Origin: a virus
Taxonomy: Duplodnaviria; Caudoviricetes
Strand: one strand, 5' to 3'
DNA: 40,010 nucleotides
IMG/VR virus record: IMGVR_UViG_3300017707_001389
Location: 1 to 40,010 of that record
Below the pieces are notes generated by a model. That model saw only the letters and a list, made by a program, of their open reading frames with translations. It was not told where the DNA came from and searched no databases. Shown here piece after piece: positions 17,915-26,086 of this stretch (its first letter is position 1; each line of letters begins with the position of its first letter). The position numbers and the translations under genes are program-made.

Positions 17915-18300
17915 GCTGGTCAAAAGAACTACCGAAGACGCCGGGGCTGTATGCCTGGTGCGATGGGAAGGGCGGGGCGGTGTTTACGTTCACGGTCCTG
18001 AGCGATGGCCGCGTCATCTGTCACAACGGCGTCAGTGGCGTGAATTGGACGACGCGAAGCATGCTGAGACTCGATGGCCTCTGGCAACCCATCACCGTCG
18101 AACTCCCCGCACCCTACGTGCCGCCGAGGCCGCCGAAGGTGGAAGTGTATCGGGCGAAATTTCGGATCGACCTTTGCGACCGCTGGCTGGTGAAGATCGG
18201 TGGCGCTTTTATCGCGCTAGAAGACGATTACGGCGAGTGCGGCGAGGGGTCGTGGGAGATTGTCGAAGACATCTACACCGACATCGAGAAAGTCCAATGA
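17911..18300 (+). CDS. Hypothetical protein
   Basis: 'WSKELPKTPGLYAW' N-terminus common in phage early ORFs; ATGA coupling. Confidence 0.6.
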   Translation: MSWSKELPKTPGLYAWCDGKGGAVFTFTVLSDGRVICHNGVSGVNWTTRSMLRLDGLWQPITVELPAPYVPPRPPKVEVYRAKFRIDLCDRWLVKIGGAFIALEDDYGECGEGSWEIVEDIYTDIEKVQ

Positions 18301-18536
18301 CGCATCCAGAAAATCTCACGGTCGGCACTTGGTACGAGTTGCGGATCGTACAGCACTACGGCGACGGCTTCCGGTGCGTGACGACCTTCTGCCTGCCAAT
18401 GCTCCTGGAGTTTATCACATGGGACCGGCCGCATATTGAGTTGCGTTTCTGGTCCGTCGAAATGGGTCGGGTCGATGTGACGTGGCGGGATGTGTTGCGG
18501 TGTGTGCCGGAAGTGAAAGGAGCGAGGTCGAAATGA
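18297..18536 (+). CDS. Hypothetical protein
   Basis: ATGA overlaps at both ends. Confidence 0.6.
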   Translation: MTHPENLTVGTWYELRIVQHYGDGFRCVTTFCLPMLLEFITWDRPHIELRFWSVEMGRVDVTWRDVLRCVPEVKGARSK

Positions 18537-19465
18537 GCACGGACGTAAACGAACTACAGACCCGCGAGCAATGGCTGGCGGAACGTCGCACCGGCCTCGG
18601 TGGCAGCGATGCAGCGGCAGCGTGCGGCTTATCCAAATGGAAGTCACGCTTCGCCCTGTGGATGGAGAAATGCGGCTTCGCTCCTGGTGCCGAGGAGAAC
18701 GAACCGATGCGCTGGGGCACGAAGCTCGAGCCCATCGTGCGGCAAGAGTACGCCAATCGCACACGCCGCACCGTCATCACGCCGGGTGTCATCCTGCGAC
18801 ACCCGAAGTATTCCTTCGTGCTGGCGAACCCTGATGGCATCATCGACGGCGAGCAACGCGGCTACGAAGGCAAGACGGCGCGAAGCGACAACGGCTGGGG
18901 CGAGCCTGGCACGGACGAGATCCCGGAGGAGTATGGCTTGCAGTGTCAGCACTATATGGCGGTCACTGGCTTGCCGGTGTTCGACGTGGCGGTGCTGATC
19001 GGTGGCAGCGACTTCCGCATTTACGAAGTGGAGGCCGACTACGAACTGCAAGAGTTGCTGCTGGAGCGAGAGGCGGAATTCTGGCGGATGGTCGAGACGC
19101 AGACGGAACCCGAAGCGACCTCGGTTGTCGATACGCGGATTCGGTGGCCGAAGTCCGCGATGCGAACCGTAGTCGCCACGACGGAAGACGAGACGCTGGC
19201 GAACGAACTGGCGATGACGAAGGCGACCATCAAAAAGCTGGAAGCCTATGAGGATTCGCTGACCGCCAAGCTACAGCAGCACATGGCGGATGCGGAGGGG
19301 CTGGCGCTACCCAGCGGCCAGCTACTCGCAACGTGGAAGTCTGCCAAGGGTGCAACGCGGTTTGATGTGGACACGTTCAAGGTCGATTACCCGGACCTCT
19401 GGAAAGCCTATCTCCGCACCGGAGAAGGTAGCCGGCGGTTCCTTTTGAAAGAGAGCAAAGCATGA
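18533..19465 (+). CDS. YqaJ-like viral recombinase exonuclease
   Basis: 'WLAERRTGLGGSDAAA', 'WGTKLEP', 'ANPDG', 'YEGKT', 'QCQHYMAVTG'. Confidence 0.93.
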   Translation: MSTDVNELQTREQWLAERRTGLGGSDAAAACGLSKWKSRFALWMEKCGFAPGAEENEPMRWGTKLEPIVRQEYANRTRRTVITPGVILRHPKYSFVLANPDGIIDGEQRGYEGKTARSDNGWGEPGTDEIPEEYGLQCQHYMAVTGLPVFDVAVLIGGSDFRIYEVEADYELQELLLEREAEFWRMVETQTEPEATSVVDTRIRWPKSAMRTVVATTEDETLANELAMTKATIKKLEAYEDSLTAKLQQHMADAEGLALPSGQLLATWKSAKGATRFDVDTFKVDYPDLWKAYLRTGEGSRRFLLKESKA

Positions 19466-20472
19466 GCGCGGGAACAATGATTGAAAAGCGGGAAGAGAAC
19501 GGCGCGATCATCACGAAGCCGCAGTCGATCGGCGGCATCGCCACCAGCGGGCGCGTCGAAGCGGAAGCACGGGCGGCGCTGGCGGTGGCAAAAAGCTGTC
19601 GGCGGGATGAAGTCGATGCGATGGACCGCATTAAGAACGCCTGCCAGCGGCTCGGCGTGGCGGAAGCGGCGGAGTACAGCTACAGCCGTGGCGGGACGGA
19701 GATTACCGGGCCGACCGTCAAGCTGCTGGAAGTCGTGGCAGGGGCGTGGGGCAATCTGCAAACCGGCTTCCGCGAATTGTCCCGGCAAAACGGCGAGAGC
19801 GTCGTGGAGTGCTTCGCTTGGGACTTGGAGACGAACAATAAGAAGGTGCTGGAATTCACGGTCAAGCACATCCGCGACACCCGCGGCGGCGGCAAGGCGT
19901 TGACGGACGAACGCGACATCTACGAACTCATCGCCAACATGGCGCAGCGCCGCGTGCGCAAGTGCATGGAATCGGTCATTCCGCGCGATGTGGTGGAAGA
20001 CGCCTTGCTGGAGTGCCAAAAGACTCTCAAGGCTCGGTGCGACCTCAACCCCGAACGCATCAAGGGGATGGTCGAGAAGTTTCAGAAGGACTACGGCGTC
20101 ACGCTGTCGCAAATCGAAGCACGCATCCAGCGGCGGATCGAGAGCGTCACGCAAGCTCAGTTCCTCTCGCTCGGCAAGATCTTCAACAGCCTGAAGGACG
20201 GCATGAGCAAGCCGGCGGACTGGTTCGCCGCGACGGAAGCACCGGCGGAGGAGAAGCAGCCCGAGACGACGAAGGACAAGTTGCGGAAGGCGGCACCGAA
20301 GGAAGCCGATGCTCCCCTCTCCGCTCGCGACCTCATCGCGAACATCAACGGCTTCACCGGCACGAAAGCGGAACTCACCGCCTGGCTCGCCGAGAACACC
20401 AAGCACCTGACGGACGACGAATACCCGGCCGTGCAAGAGGCGGCGGAAGCGCGGATGGGAAAACTGAAATAA
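19462..20472 (+). CDS. Putative single-strand annealing protein (RecT-position)
   Basis: Coupled to YqaJ; 'YSYSRGG..ITGPTV...WGNL...AWDLETN' family usually found next to phage exonucleases. Confidence 0.6.
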   Translation: MSAGTMIEKREENGAIITKPQSIGGIATSGRVEAEARAALAVAKSCRRDEVDAMDRIKNACQRLGVAEAAEYSYSRGGTEITGPTVKLLEVVAGAWGNLQTGFRELSRQNGESVVECFAWDLETNNKKVLEFTVKHIRDTRGGGKALTDERDIYELIANMAQRRVRKCMESVIPRDVVEDALLECQKTLKARCDLNPERIKGMVEKFQKDYGVTLSQIEARIQRRIESVTQAQFLSLGKIFNSLKDGMSKPADWFAATEAPAEEKQPETTKDKLRKAAPKEADAPLSARDLIANINGFTGTKAELTAWLAENTKHLTDDEYPAVQEAAEARMGKLK

Positions 20473-20489
20473 AGCCTTCGGGCTGTGTC

Positions 20490-20558
20490 CCGACGTTAGT
20501 TCAATGGCAGAACACAGGGTCGCTACCTGAGCTGTGGGTTCGAGTCCCACACGTCGGA
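20490..20558 (+). tRNA. tRNA-like element / pseudo-tRNA with shortened anticodon arm
   Basis: Acceptor CCGACGT/ACGTCGG; D-arm GTTC-AATGGCA-GAAC; CAGG-GTCGCTA-CCTG; T-arm GTGGG-TTCGAGT-CCCAC; no encoded CCA. Confidence 0.7.
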
Positions 20559-20638
20559 TTAACAGAAACCACGCGTGGCGATAGCAGCCCGTTTGGACGC
20601 CGCTCCTCGTTGGGGCGGCAACGTACACGAAGGGATGA

Positions 20639-20848
20639 ATGATGAACGACGCATACGAACACTGGCGGGAAGCGGCACTGACGCCGACTTACACGCCGCT
20701 CAGCGCTGATCGCATCGTCGAGATGTTCACGTTGACCGCCAGCGTGGGACCGGCGAACTGCTGGACGGGAACGGGCGGGACATTGGCCGCAATGGTGCGT
20801 GAATTGTTGCGGGAACGGGAGCATCTCGTGCGGGAGTTTGACAAGTGA
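20639..20848 (+). CDS. Hypothetical protein
   Basis: ORF coupled (GTGA) to helicase. Confidence 0.55.
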   Translation: MMNDAYEHWREAALTPTYTPLSADRIVEMFTLTASVGPANCWTGTGGTLAAMVRELLREREHLVREFDK

Positions 20849-22218
20849 GCTATCAATCTTTCATTGAGCGGAAGTGTCAGCACGGCAACGCGGTCGGCTT
20901 CGATCCGATATGGATGCCGGACTTCCCATATGACTTTCAGCAATTCCTCATCGAGTGGGCGGTGCGTCAAGGACGGGCCGCGATCTTCGCCGACTGTGGC
21001 ATGGGCAAAACGCCGATGCAACTTGTGTGGGCGGAGAACGTGGTTCGCAAGACGAACAAGCCTGTGCTGATTGCTACGCCGCTGGCGGTCGGGCAGCAGA
21101 TCGTCGCCGAGGCAGAACGGTTTGGCATCGAGGCGAAGCGATCACGCGACGGCAAGATGCCGACGAACCCGAATATCGTCGTCACCAATTACGAGCAGTT
21201 GCACAAGTACGATCCGGCGATGTTCGCGGGTGTCGTGTGCGATGAATCGAGCGCGATCAAGGACGCTAAAAGCGAACGTAAAAAGACAGTCGTCGAATTC
21301 ATGCGAACCGTGAAGTATCGGCTTCTATGCACCGCGACCGCCGCGCCGAACGATTGCTGGGAACTCGGCACAAGCTCCGAGGCACTCGGCTTGCTCGGCT
21401 TCCGCGACATGATTACGACGTTCTTCAAGCAGGAAACGTCGAAAGACCAGCACGGCTGGGGGCGAACCAAGTATCGCTTTCGCGGGCACGCGGAGCAGCC
21501 GTTTTGGTCGTGGGTTTGCTCTTGGGCACGATCGCTTCGCAAGCCGTCAGACCTAGGCTTCGACGACGCCCGTTTCAATCTGCCGGGACTGAACGAAGTG
21601 GACATCGTAGTTCACTCCGCCAAGACGCAGCCGGGCATGTTGTTCGCACTGCCGGCGCGAGACATGCGGGAGGAGCGTGCGGAGCGGCGGCTGAATATCG
21701 AGGAGCGGTGTGACAAGGCCGTGGAGATTGCAACGTCACAGGACGGGCCGTGTGTTCTCTGGTGCGAACTCAACCCGGAAGGGGATCGCCTGGCGTCGAT
21801 GCTCGACGACGTTGTGCAGGTTAAAGGCTCGATGGGCGACGACGAAAAGGAAGAGGCGTTGATCGCCTTCTCATCGGGGCAGATTAAGCGGCTCGTGATC
21901 AAGCCGAAGATGGGAGCGTGGGGACTGAACTGGCAGCACTGTTCAAATACGGTCGTGTTCCCGTCGCACTCCTACGAGCAGTACTACCAGCTGGTGCGCC
22001 GCTTCTATCGGTTCGGCCAGCAGAACACCGTCAACGTCACGCGGATCATCTGCGAGGGCGAGGCGAACATTCTGAAGAACCTGCAACGTAAGCAACGGCA
22101 AGCGTCCGACATGTTTGATTCAATCGTGGCTCACATGAAAGACAGTATGAGCCTTGTGAAAGCTGACTATTTTCCCGACGAAGAAAGGATTCCATCGTGG
22201 CTGTTATCGAGCAAGTAA
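20845..22218 (+). CDS. SNF2-like SF2 helicase/ATPase
   Basis: 'FADCGMGKT', 'VCDESS', 'CTATAAPND', 'WGLNWQ', 'QLVRRFYRFGQ'. Confidence 0.92.
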   Translation: MSYQSFIERKCQHGNAVGFDPIWMPDFPYDFQQFLIEWAVRQGRAAIFADCGMGKTPMQLVWAENVVRKTNKPVLIATPLAVGQQIVAEAERFGIEAKRSRDGKMPTNPNIVVTNYEQLHKYDPAMFAGVVCDESSAIKDAKSERKKTVVEFMRTVKYRLLCTATAAPNDCWELGTSSEALGLLGFRDMITTFFKQETSKDQHGWGRTKYRFRGHAEQPFWSWVCSWARSLRKPSDLGFDDARFNLPGLNEVDIVVHSAKTQPGMLFALPARDMREERAERRLNIEERCDKAVEIATSQDGPCVLWCELNPEGDRLASMLDDVVQVKGSMGDDEKEEALIAFSSGQIKRLVIKPKMGAWGLNWQHCSNTVVFPSHSYEQYYQLVRRFYRFGQQNTVNVTRIICEGEANILKNLQRKQRQASDMFDSIVAHMKDSMSLVKADYFPDEERIPSWLLSSK

Positions 22219-23195
22219 TCACCGAGAACTATGCAATCTACAACGGCGACAGCGCCGAGGTATTGCAAACCATCCCCGACAAGTCCATCGGCTTGTCGGT
22301 GTACTCGCCACCGTTCGCAACCGAGAACGGCGGGTGTCTCTACAACTATTCGTCCAGCGTCCGCGACCTGTCGAACGCTCGGACCTACCCGGAGTTTTTC
22401 GAGCACTACGGCTACATCGTGGAGCAGATCGCTCGCGTGACGATGCCGGGCCGATTCTCCGCCGTGCACTGCATGGACGTGCCGAAGCAAGGGGCGAACA
22501 TCTGCGGCTATAGCGACTTCCCCGGCGACATCATCAAGCTACACGAGAAGCTCGGCTTCGAGTACCTGCCGCGAATCTGTATCTGGAAAGAGCCATTGTC
22601 GGTGCGATTGCGGACCATGACGAAAGCCCTTGCCCACTCCCAGATATGCGAGGACTCGACGCTAACGAACGTGGCGGCCGCTGACTACCTTCTGCCGTTT
22701 CGCAAACGCGGAACGAATCCGCAACCAGTGACGCATGACCGCGGCTTCCTGAGTTACGCCGGCGAGCGGGAAGTGCCGAAGGAACTTCATCGCTTTCGGA
22801 ACTGGAAGGGAAAGCAGACGGAAAACCGCTTTTCTCACTGGATCTGGCGGCACTACGCTTCGGCCTTTTGGGACGACATCCGAGCGTCGAACGTGCTCCC
22901 CTACGAAGAAAGCAAGGATGAAGGCGACGAGCGGCATCAACACCCGCTGCAACTCGACGTGATCGAGCGGTGCGTAACGATGTGGAGCAATCCCGGCGAC
23001 AACGTGCTGACGCCGTTCATGGGCGTCGGTTCGGAAGTGTATGGAGCGGTCACGCTGGGCCGCCGTGGTATCGGCGTGGAACTGAAGCCGAGCTACTACC
23101 GCCAAGCGGTGAAGAATCTACGGCACGCGGTCGAGCAGACCAAAGTGAAGGCGGATGAGAAATCGCTGCTGGACTTGTGCGGAGCGGAGATATGA
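22197..23195 (+). CDS. DNA amino-methyltransferase (N4/N6, beta class; SPPF suggests m4C)
   Basis: Catalytic 'YSPPF' precedes 'HPLQLDVIER' and SAM-binding 'TPFMGVGSE'. Confidence 0.9.
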   Translation: MAVIEQVITENYAIYNGDSAEVLQTIPDKSIGLSVYSPPFATENGGCLYNYSSSVRDLSNARTYPEFFEHYGYIVEQIARVTMPGRFSAVHCMDVPKQGANICGYSDFPGDIIKLHEKLGFEYLPRICIWKEPLSVRLRTMTKALAHSQICEDSTLTNVAAADYLLPFRKRGTNPQPVTHDRGFLSYAGEREVPKELHRFRNWKGKQTENRFSHWIWRHYASAFWDDIRASNVLPYEESKDEGDERHQHPLQLDVIERCVTMWSNPGDNVLTPFMGVGSEVYGAVTLGRRGIGVELKPSYYRQAVKNLRHAVEQTKVKADEKSLLDLCGAEI

Positions 23196-23425
23196 CCCTC
23201 ACCACCTTCCTCCTTTCACACCTTGCCGCCAACATCACGCGCGTCCCCTACGGCGCCGAAGAACTGCGGCAAGCGTACTGGGGGCAAGGCGGCAAGGGGC
23301 AACCGACGTTGATGGATATTGCTGACGCAATGGCGGAGTTGGCGCGACAGGGGAAGGCTCGAGTCGAGGGCGACGGCTGGTGTTACGCGGTGCCGAAGGC
23401 GAAGGAAGAAAGGAGTTTGTTTTGA
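23192..23425 (+). CDS. Hypothetical (possible small wHTH) protein
   Basis: ATGA coupling; 'IADAMAELARQGKARVEGDGW'. Confidence 0.55.
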   Translation: MTLTTFLLSHLAANITRVPYGAEELRQAYWGQGGKGQPTLMDIADAMAELARQGKARVEGDGWCYAVPKAKEERSLF

Positions 23426-23646
23426 CACGCAAAACAATCCGTGCCGCTGGCTTCCGGCCGCACGCACAACGTGACCGCCGGCGTCAGTGGGCTATCGGCT
23501 GCAAAGTCACCGATACCCGCACCGGCGAAGTCGGCACGTTCCAGCGATGGGGCACGCAGGGCGAACACACGATTGCGTATGTGAGATTCGGACGTCAGCA
23601 AAGGGGACTGGCGGCGGGATACGTGGTGAGGAAGCAGGCGGGTTGA
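23422..23646 (+). CDS. Hypothetical basic protein
   Basis: SD AAGGAG, TTG start overlapping upstream stop. Confidence 0.5.
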   Translation: MTRKTIRAAGFRPHAQRDRRRQWAIGCKVTDTRTGEVGTFQRWGTQGEHTIAYVRFGRQQRGLAAGYVVRKQAG

Positions 23647-23676
23647 TATTGGCGAGCGCTGACAAGAAACAAAAAC

Positions 23677-23882
23677 AACTGTCGCCGCCGTGGGAAGCAC
23701 GGACGGGAAACGTGGAGGCGAAGGGGTTACTACCGGGGAACATTGCCAAGCCGAATCTCTTGCGGGCTGAAACTACCGGGAGAGGATAACTTGCAGATGT
23801 CCGGCACACTGTTTCGCAAGCCCGCCAATTGACCGTGGAACTGTGACCACTACTGAAGTTCCAAGCCGCAAGGCCGACAGTT
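23677..23882 (+). ncRNA. Candidate structured intergenic RNA rich in GGA motifs
   Basis: Closing stem AACTGTCG/CGACAGTT; several internal hairpins; 8 GGA; lies in a ~270-bp gap. Confidence 0.5.
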
Positions 23883-23914
23883 TTTGAAATCATGCAGGCA
23901 CAAGCGAGGGAAGT

Positions 23915-24148
23915 ATGAACCGAATAGACGCAGAAGAACTTTTGAATGCACTGGCGCACGATCACTTTCGCACGCTACGAAACGACGGGAACCAATGGGC
24001 AATCGCGCACCTGTCTTTCGACGGCGTGTCGATTGCGGAGATCAGCGACAGCCATTTGGACCGGCTGCTGGCGACGTGGGTGGACATCGTGTTCGCCATC
24101 GACCACGGCAGCGGCGCGACGGCAGAGGCAGAGGGCGAGGGCGGTTGA
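23915..24148 (+). CDS. Hypothetical protein
   Basis: SD GAGGGA before ATG 23915. Confidence 0.55.
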   Translation: MNRIDAEELLNALAHDHFRTLRNDGNQWAIAHLSFDGVSIAEISDSHLDRLLATWVDIVFAIDHGSGATAEAEGEGG

Positions 24149-24263
24149 TGAGCCAATTAGTATCGGCGAGGTGCTCGCGATACAAGTTCTGCCCGCGCAC
24201 GAGGTGTTCGCGAAACTATCGAGTAAGGTATCGAGGGAACGTCAGGAACTAACCGGTGCTGTG

Positions 24264-24992
24264 GTGGCAAGGATTCGCACAATCAAACCTGAGTTCTGGG
24301 CAAACGAGAAGCTGAGCGAGCTTCCAGAGGCGACCCACCTACTTGCAGCAGCACTCCTCAACTACGCCGACGACGAAGGATTTTTTAACGCACACCCGCA
24401 ATTAGTACGAGCAGCATGTTCGCCCCTCCGAGTACCGACCGTTCCCATCGAGGCAAGTCTTATGACGCTCGCTGGGATCGGCTATGTGTCTCTCGGCGAT
24501 GGACCGGACGGTAGACGGCACGGTCACGTCTTCACGTTCAAAAGCCATCAGGTGGTGAACCGACCGAAGGAAAGCAAGACGTGGGATCTGGCAATAGTCT
24601 GGACTCACGGACCTTTCAGTGATGCCTCATTGCTGGAAAGGGAAAGGGAATGGAAAGGGAAATGGAACAGGGAACAGGGAAAGGATATTAGCGACGAGCA
24701 CGCTTCGCTTAGCTCCTCGCCGGCAATCCTCGCGTTTCCGATTTCAGGCATCAAGGGCGGCGGGGAGTGGATGCTTACGGCGGCAAAGCTGGAGGAATAC
24801 CGGCAAGCCTACCCGGATATGGATGTCGCTGGCGAATGCCGCAAGGCCCGTCAGTGGTGCATCGACAACTCTAAGAAACGCAAGACGGCGCAGGGAATGC
24901 CAGCGTTTCTATCTCGGTGGATGGCAACGGCACAGAACTCTCACGGCGGCAACAACGGCGCAGCGAAGCCGGGAAAGAACCTCGAACGATGA
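24264..24992 (+). CDS. Replication initiator (replisome organiser-like)
   Basis: 'ARIRTIKPEFW', 'NYADDEG', 'FKSHQVVNRP'; C-terminal 'AYPDMDV..ECRKARQWC..N.KKRKT..GM..FLSRW'; start reassigned to GTG 24264. Confidence 0.85.
   Translation: MARIRTIKPEFWANEKLSELPEATHLLAAALLNYADDEGFFNAHPQLVRAACSPLRVPTVPIEASLMTLAGIGYVSLGDGPDGRRHGHVFTFKSHQVVNRPKESKTWDLAIVWTHGPFSDASLLEREREWKGKWNREQGKDISDEHASLSSSPAILAFPISGIKGGGEWMLTAAKLEEYRQAYPDMDVAGECRKARQWCIDNSKKRKTAQGMPAFLSRWMATAQNSHGGNNGAAKPGKNLER
24635..24684 (+). repeat. Purine-rich GGAAAG/GGAACAG repeats within initiator gene (possible origin)
   Basis: GGAAAGGGAAAGGGAATGGAAAGGGAAATGGAACAGGGAACAGGGAAAGG. Confidence 0.5.
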
Positions 24993-25768
24993 CACGACCA
25001 GAATTCAACCTGTGGTGGGACGACTACGCCACTCGGTTTCCCGAAACCGTGGCGTGGCTGAACACGCTCGGCAGCCACAAAGAGCCGACGAAAACTATCT
25101 GGGCCGAAGTCCTCGAGGACATCGCCTTGCCGGACGCAATGGCTGCGAACAAGCGTCTCTCCAAAGGGGACGCCCCTGTAGTCAAGGCTTTTGAGCGGGA
25201 CAGCACAGCGGCTCACGTGCGCAACGTGGCGCGGGAGTGCCGGGACGAGCGACTCGGCAGCGATCGGCGCGACGAGCAGCACGAAAAGTACAAGCGTGGC
25301 CGCATCCTCGCCGCCGTGGGTTCGTTGGCGAAAGCCTTGGAGCGGATGCGAGAACTTGCGAAGGATGGCGCGACGGCAGTGCCGAATGCCATGCAGATCG
25401 TACTCCAGGAGCATCCTACGGCGTTCCCTGAAGTGAACGAGTACAGCCTGCGTCGGTATCGCTGCGTGCGGTGCTTGGACTCCGGGAGCGTGTACGTGTG
25501 GCTTCCCAAGGCGATCGCGTTGGCGAAGGCCGGCACGCTCACCGGCCGCGAGGGACAGCTAGTCGCTGCGTTGTTCTGCACATGCTCCGCAGCACCGAAG
25601 GACCAGGACAAAAAGACGCATCGCCGATACGACGACGTGCATCACTGCCTCTGTCCGCATGCCGACACGATCAGCATTCACAACCGGACGGCATTGGTGG
25701 AGTGGACAGATACCGCCGTGGAACGGATGCCGAACTACTCGCCGGAATTTGCGGAGTACAGCCGATGA
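24989..25768 (+). CDS. Putative helicase-loader-like partner of the initiator, with Zn-binding motifs
   Basis: 'MTRPEF..WW...F', 'WAEVLEDI...DAM.A'; CVRC and CTC; synteny after initiator. Confidence 0.5.
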   Translation: MTRPEFNLWWDDYATRFPETVAWLNTLGSHKEPTKTIWAEVLEDIALPDAMAANKRLSKGDAPVVKAFERDSTAAHVRNVARECRDERLGSDRRDEQHEKYKRGRILAAVGSLAKALERMRELAKDGATAVPNAMQIVLQEHPTAFPEVNEYSLRRYRCVRCLDSGSVYVWLPKAIALAKAGTLTGREGQLVAALFCTCSAAPKDQDKKTHRRYDDVHHCLCPHADTISIHNRTALVEWTDTAVERMPNYSPEFAEYSR

Positions 25769-25971
25769 CCAAAGAACAACTCAACGCTCTGCGTCTCCCG
25801 AAAGGCAAGAGCAAGCACAGTCACCCCGCGGCGATTGTCACGCGCATGCCGAAGCAACTTCGTGACACGTTGAATCGAGAGTCGGCGTTAAGCGGCTATA
25901 CCGTGAACTCGTTTGTCATTAACGCCATCATCGACGCGATCGAGAAACATGAGGCAAGCCATGAACGCTAA
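25765..25971 (+). CDS. Arc-like ribbon-helix-helix protein
   Basis: 'AIVTRMPKQLRDTLNRESALSGYTVNSFVINAI'. Confidence 0.75.
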   Translation: MTKEQLNALRLPKGKSKHSHPAAIVTRMPKQLRDTLNRESALSGYTVNSFVINAIIDAIEKHEASHER

Positions 25972-26086
25972 GCAACGAATCGTCAGCATCCTGCGGCGCG
26001 AATACGAACTAGCGGTGGAGCGATACCGACACGCTCACGCACAGCACATGGCATGTATCGCTGGCGCGAACACTTGGGAGGGCTAA
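25961..26086 (+). CDS. 41-aa hypothetical protein
   Basis: MNAKQRIVSILRREYELAVERYRHAHAQHMACIAGANTWEG; fills the gap; TAATG coupling. Confidence 0.45.
   Translation: MNAKQRIVSILRREYELAVERYRHAHAQHMACIAGANTWEG

Noticed and set aside
20490-20558. Functional tRNA-Ala(CGC) or attP site
   Set aside because: No G3-U70, abnormal anticodon arm, no CCA; no integrase to use it as att
23728-23781. ACTACCGGG repeat as mini-CRISPR array
   Set aside because: Only two 9-bp copies and no cas genes; no CRISPR array seen in the window
23728-23810. Loose resemblance to group I intron P/Q/R/S elements
   Set aside because: Could not build P3/P7 pairings; no interrupted gene flanks it
23946-24263. Long N-terminal extension of the replication initiator
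   Set aside because: Family N-terminus begins at (M)ARIRTIKPEFW; the extension overlaps another ORF
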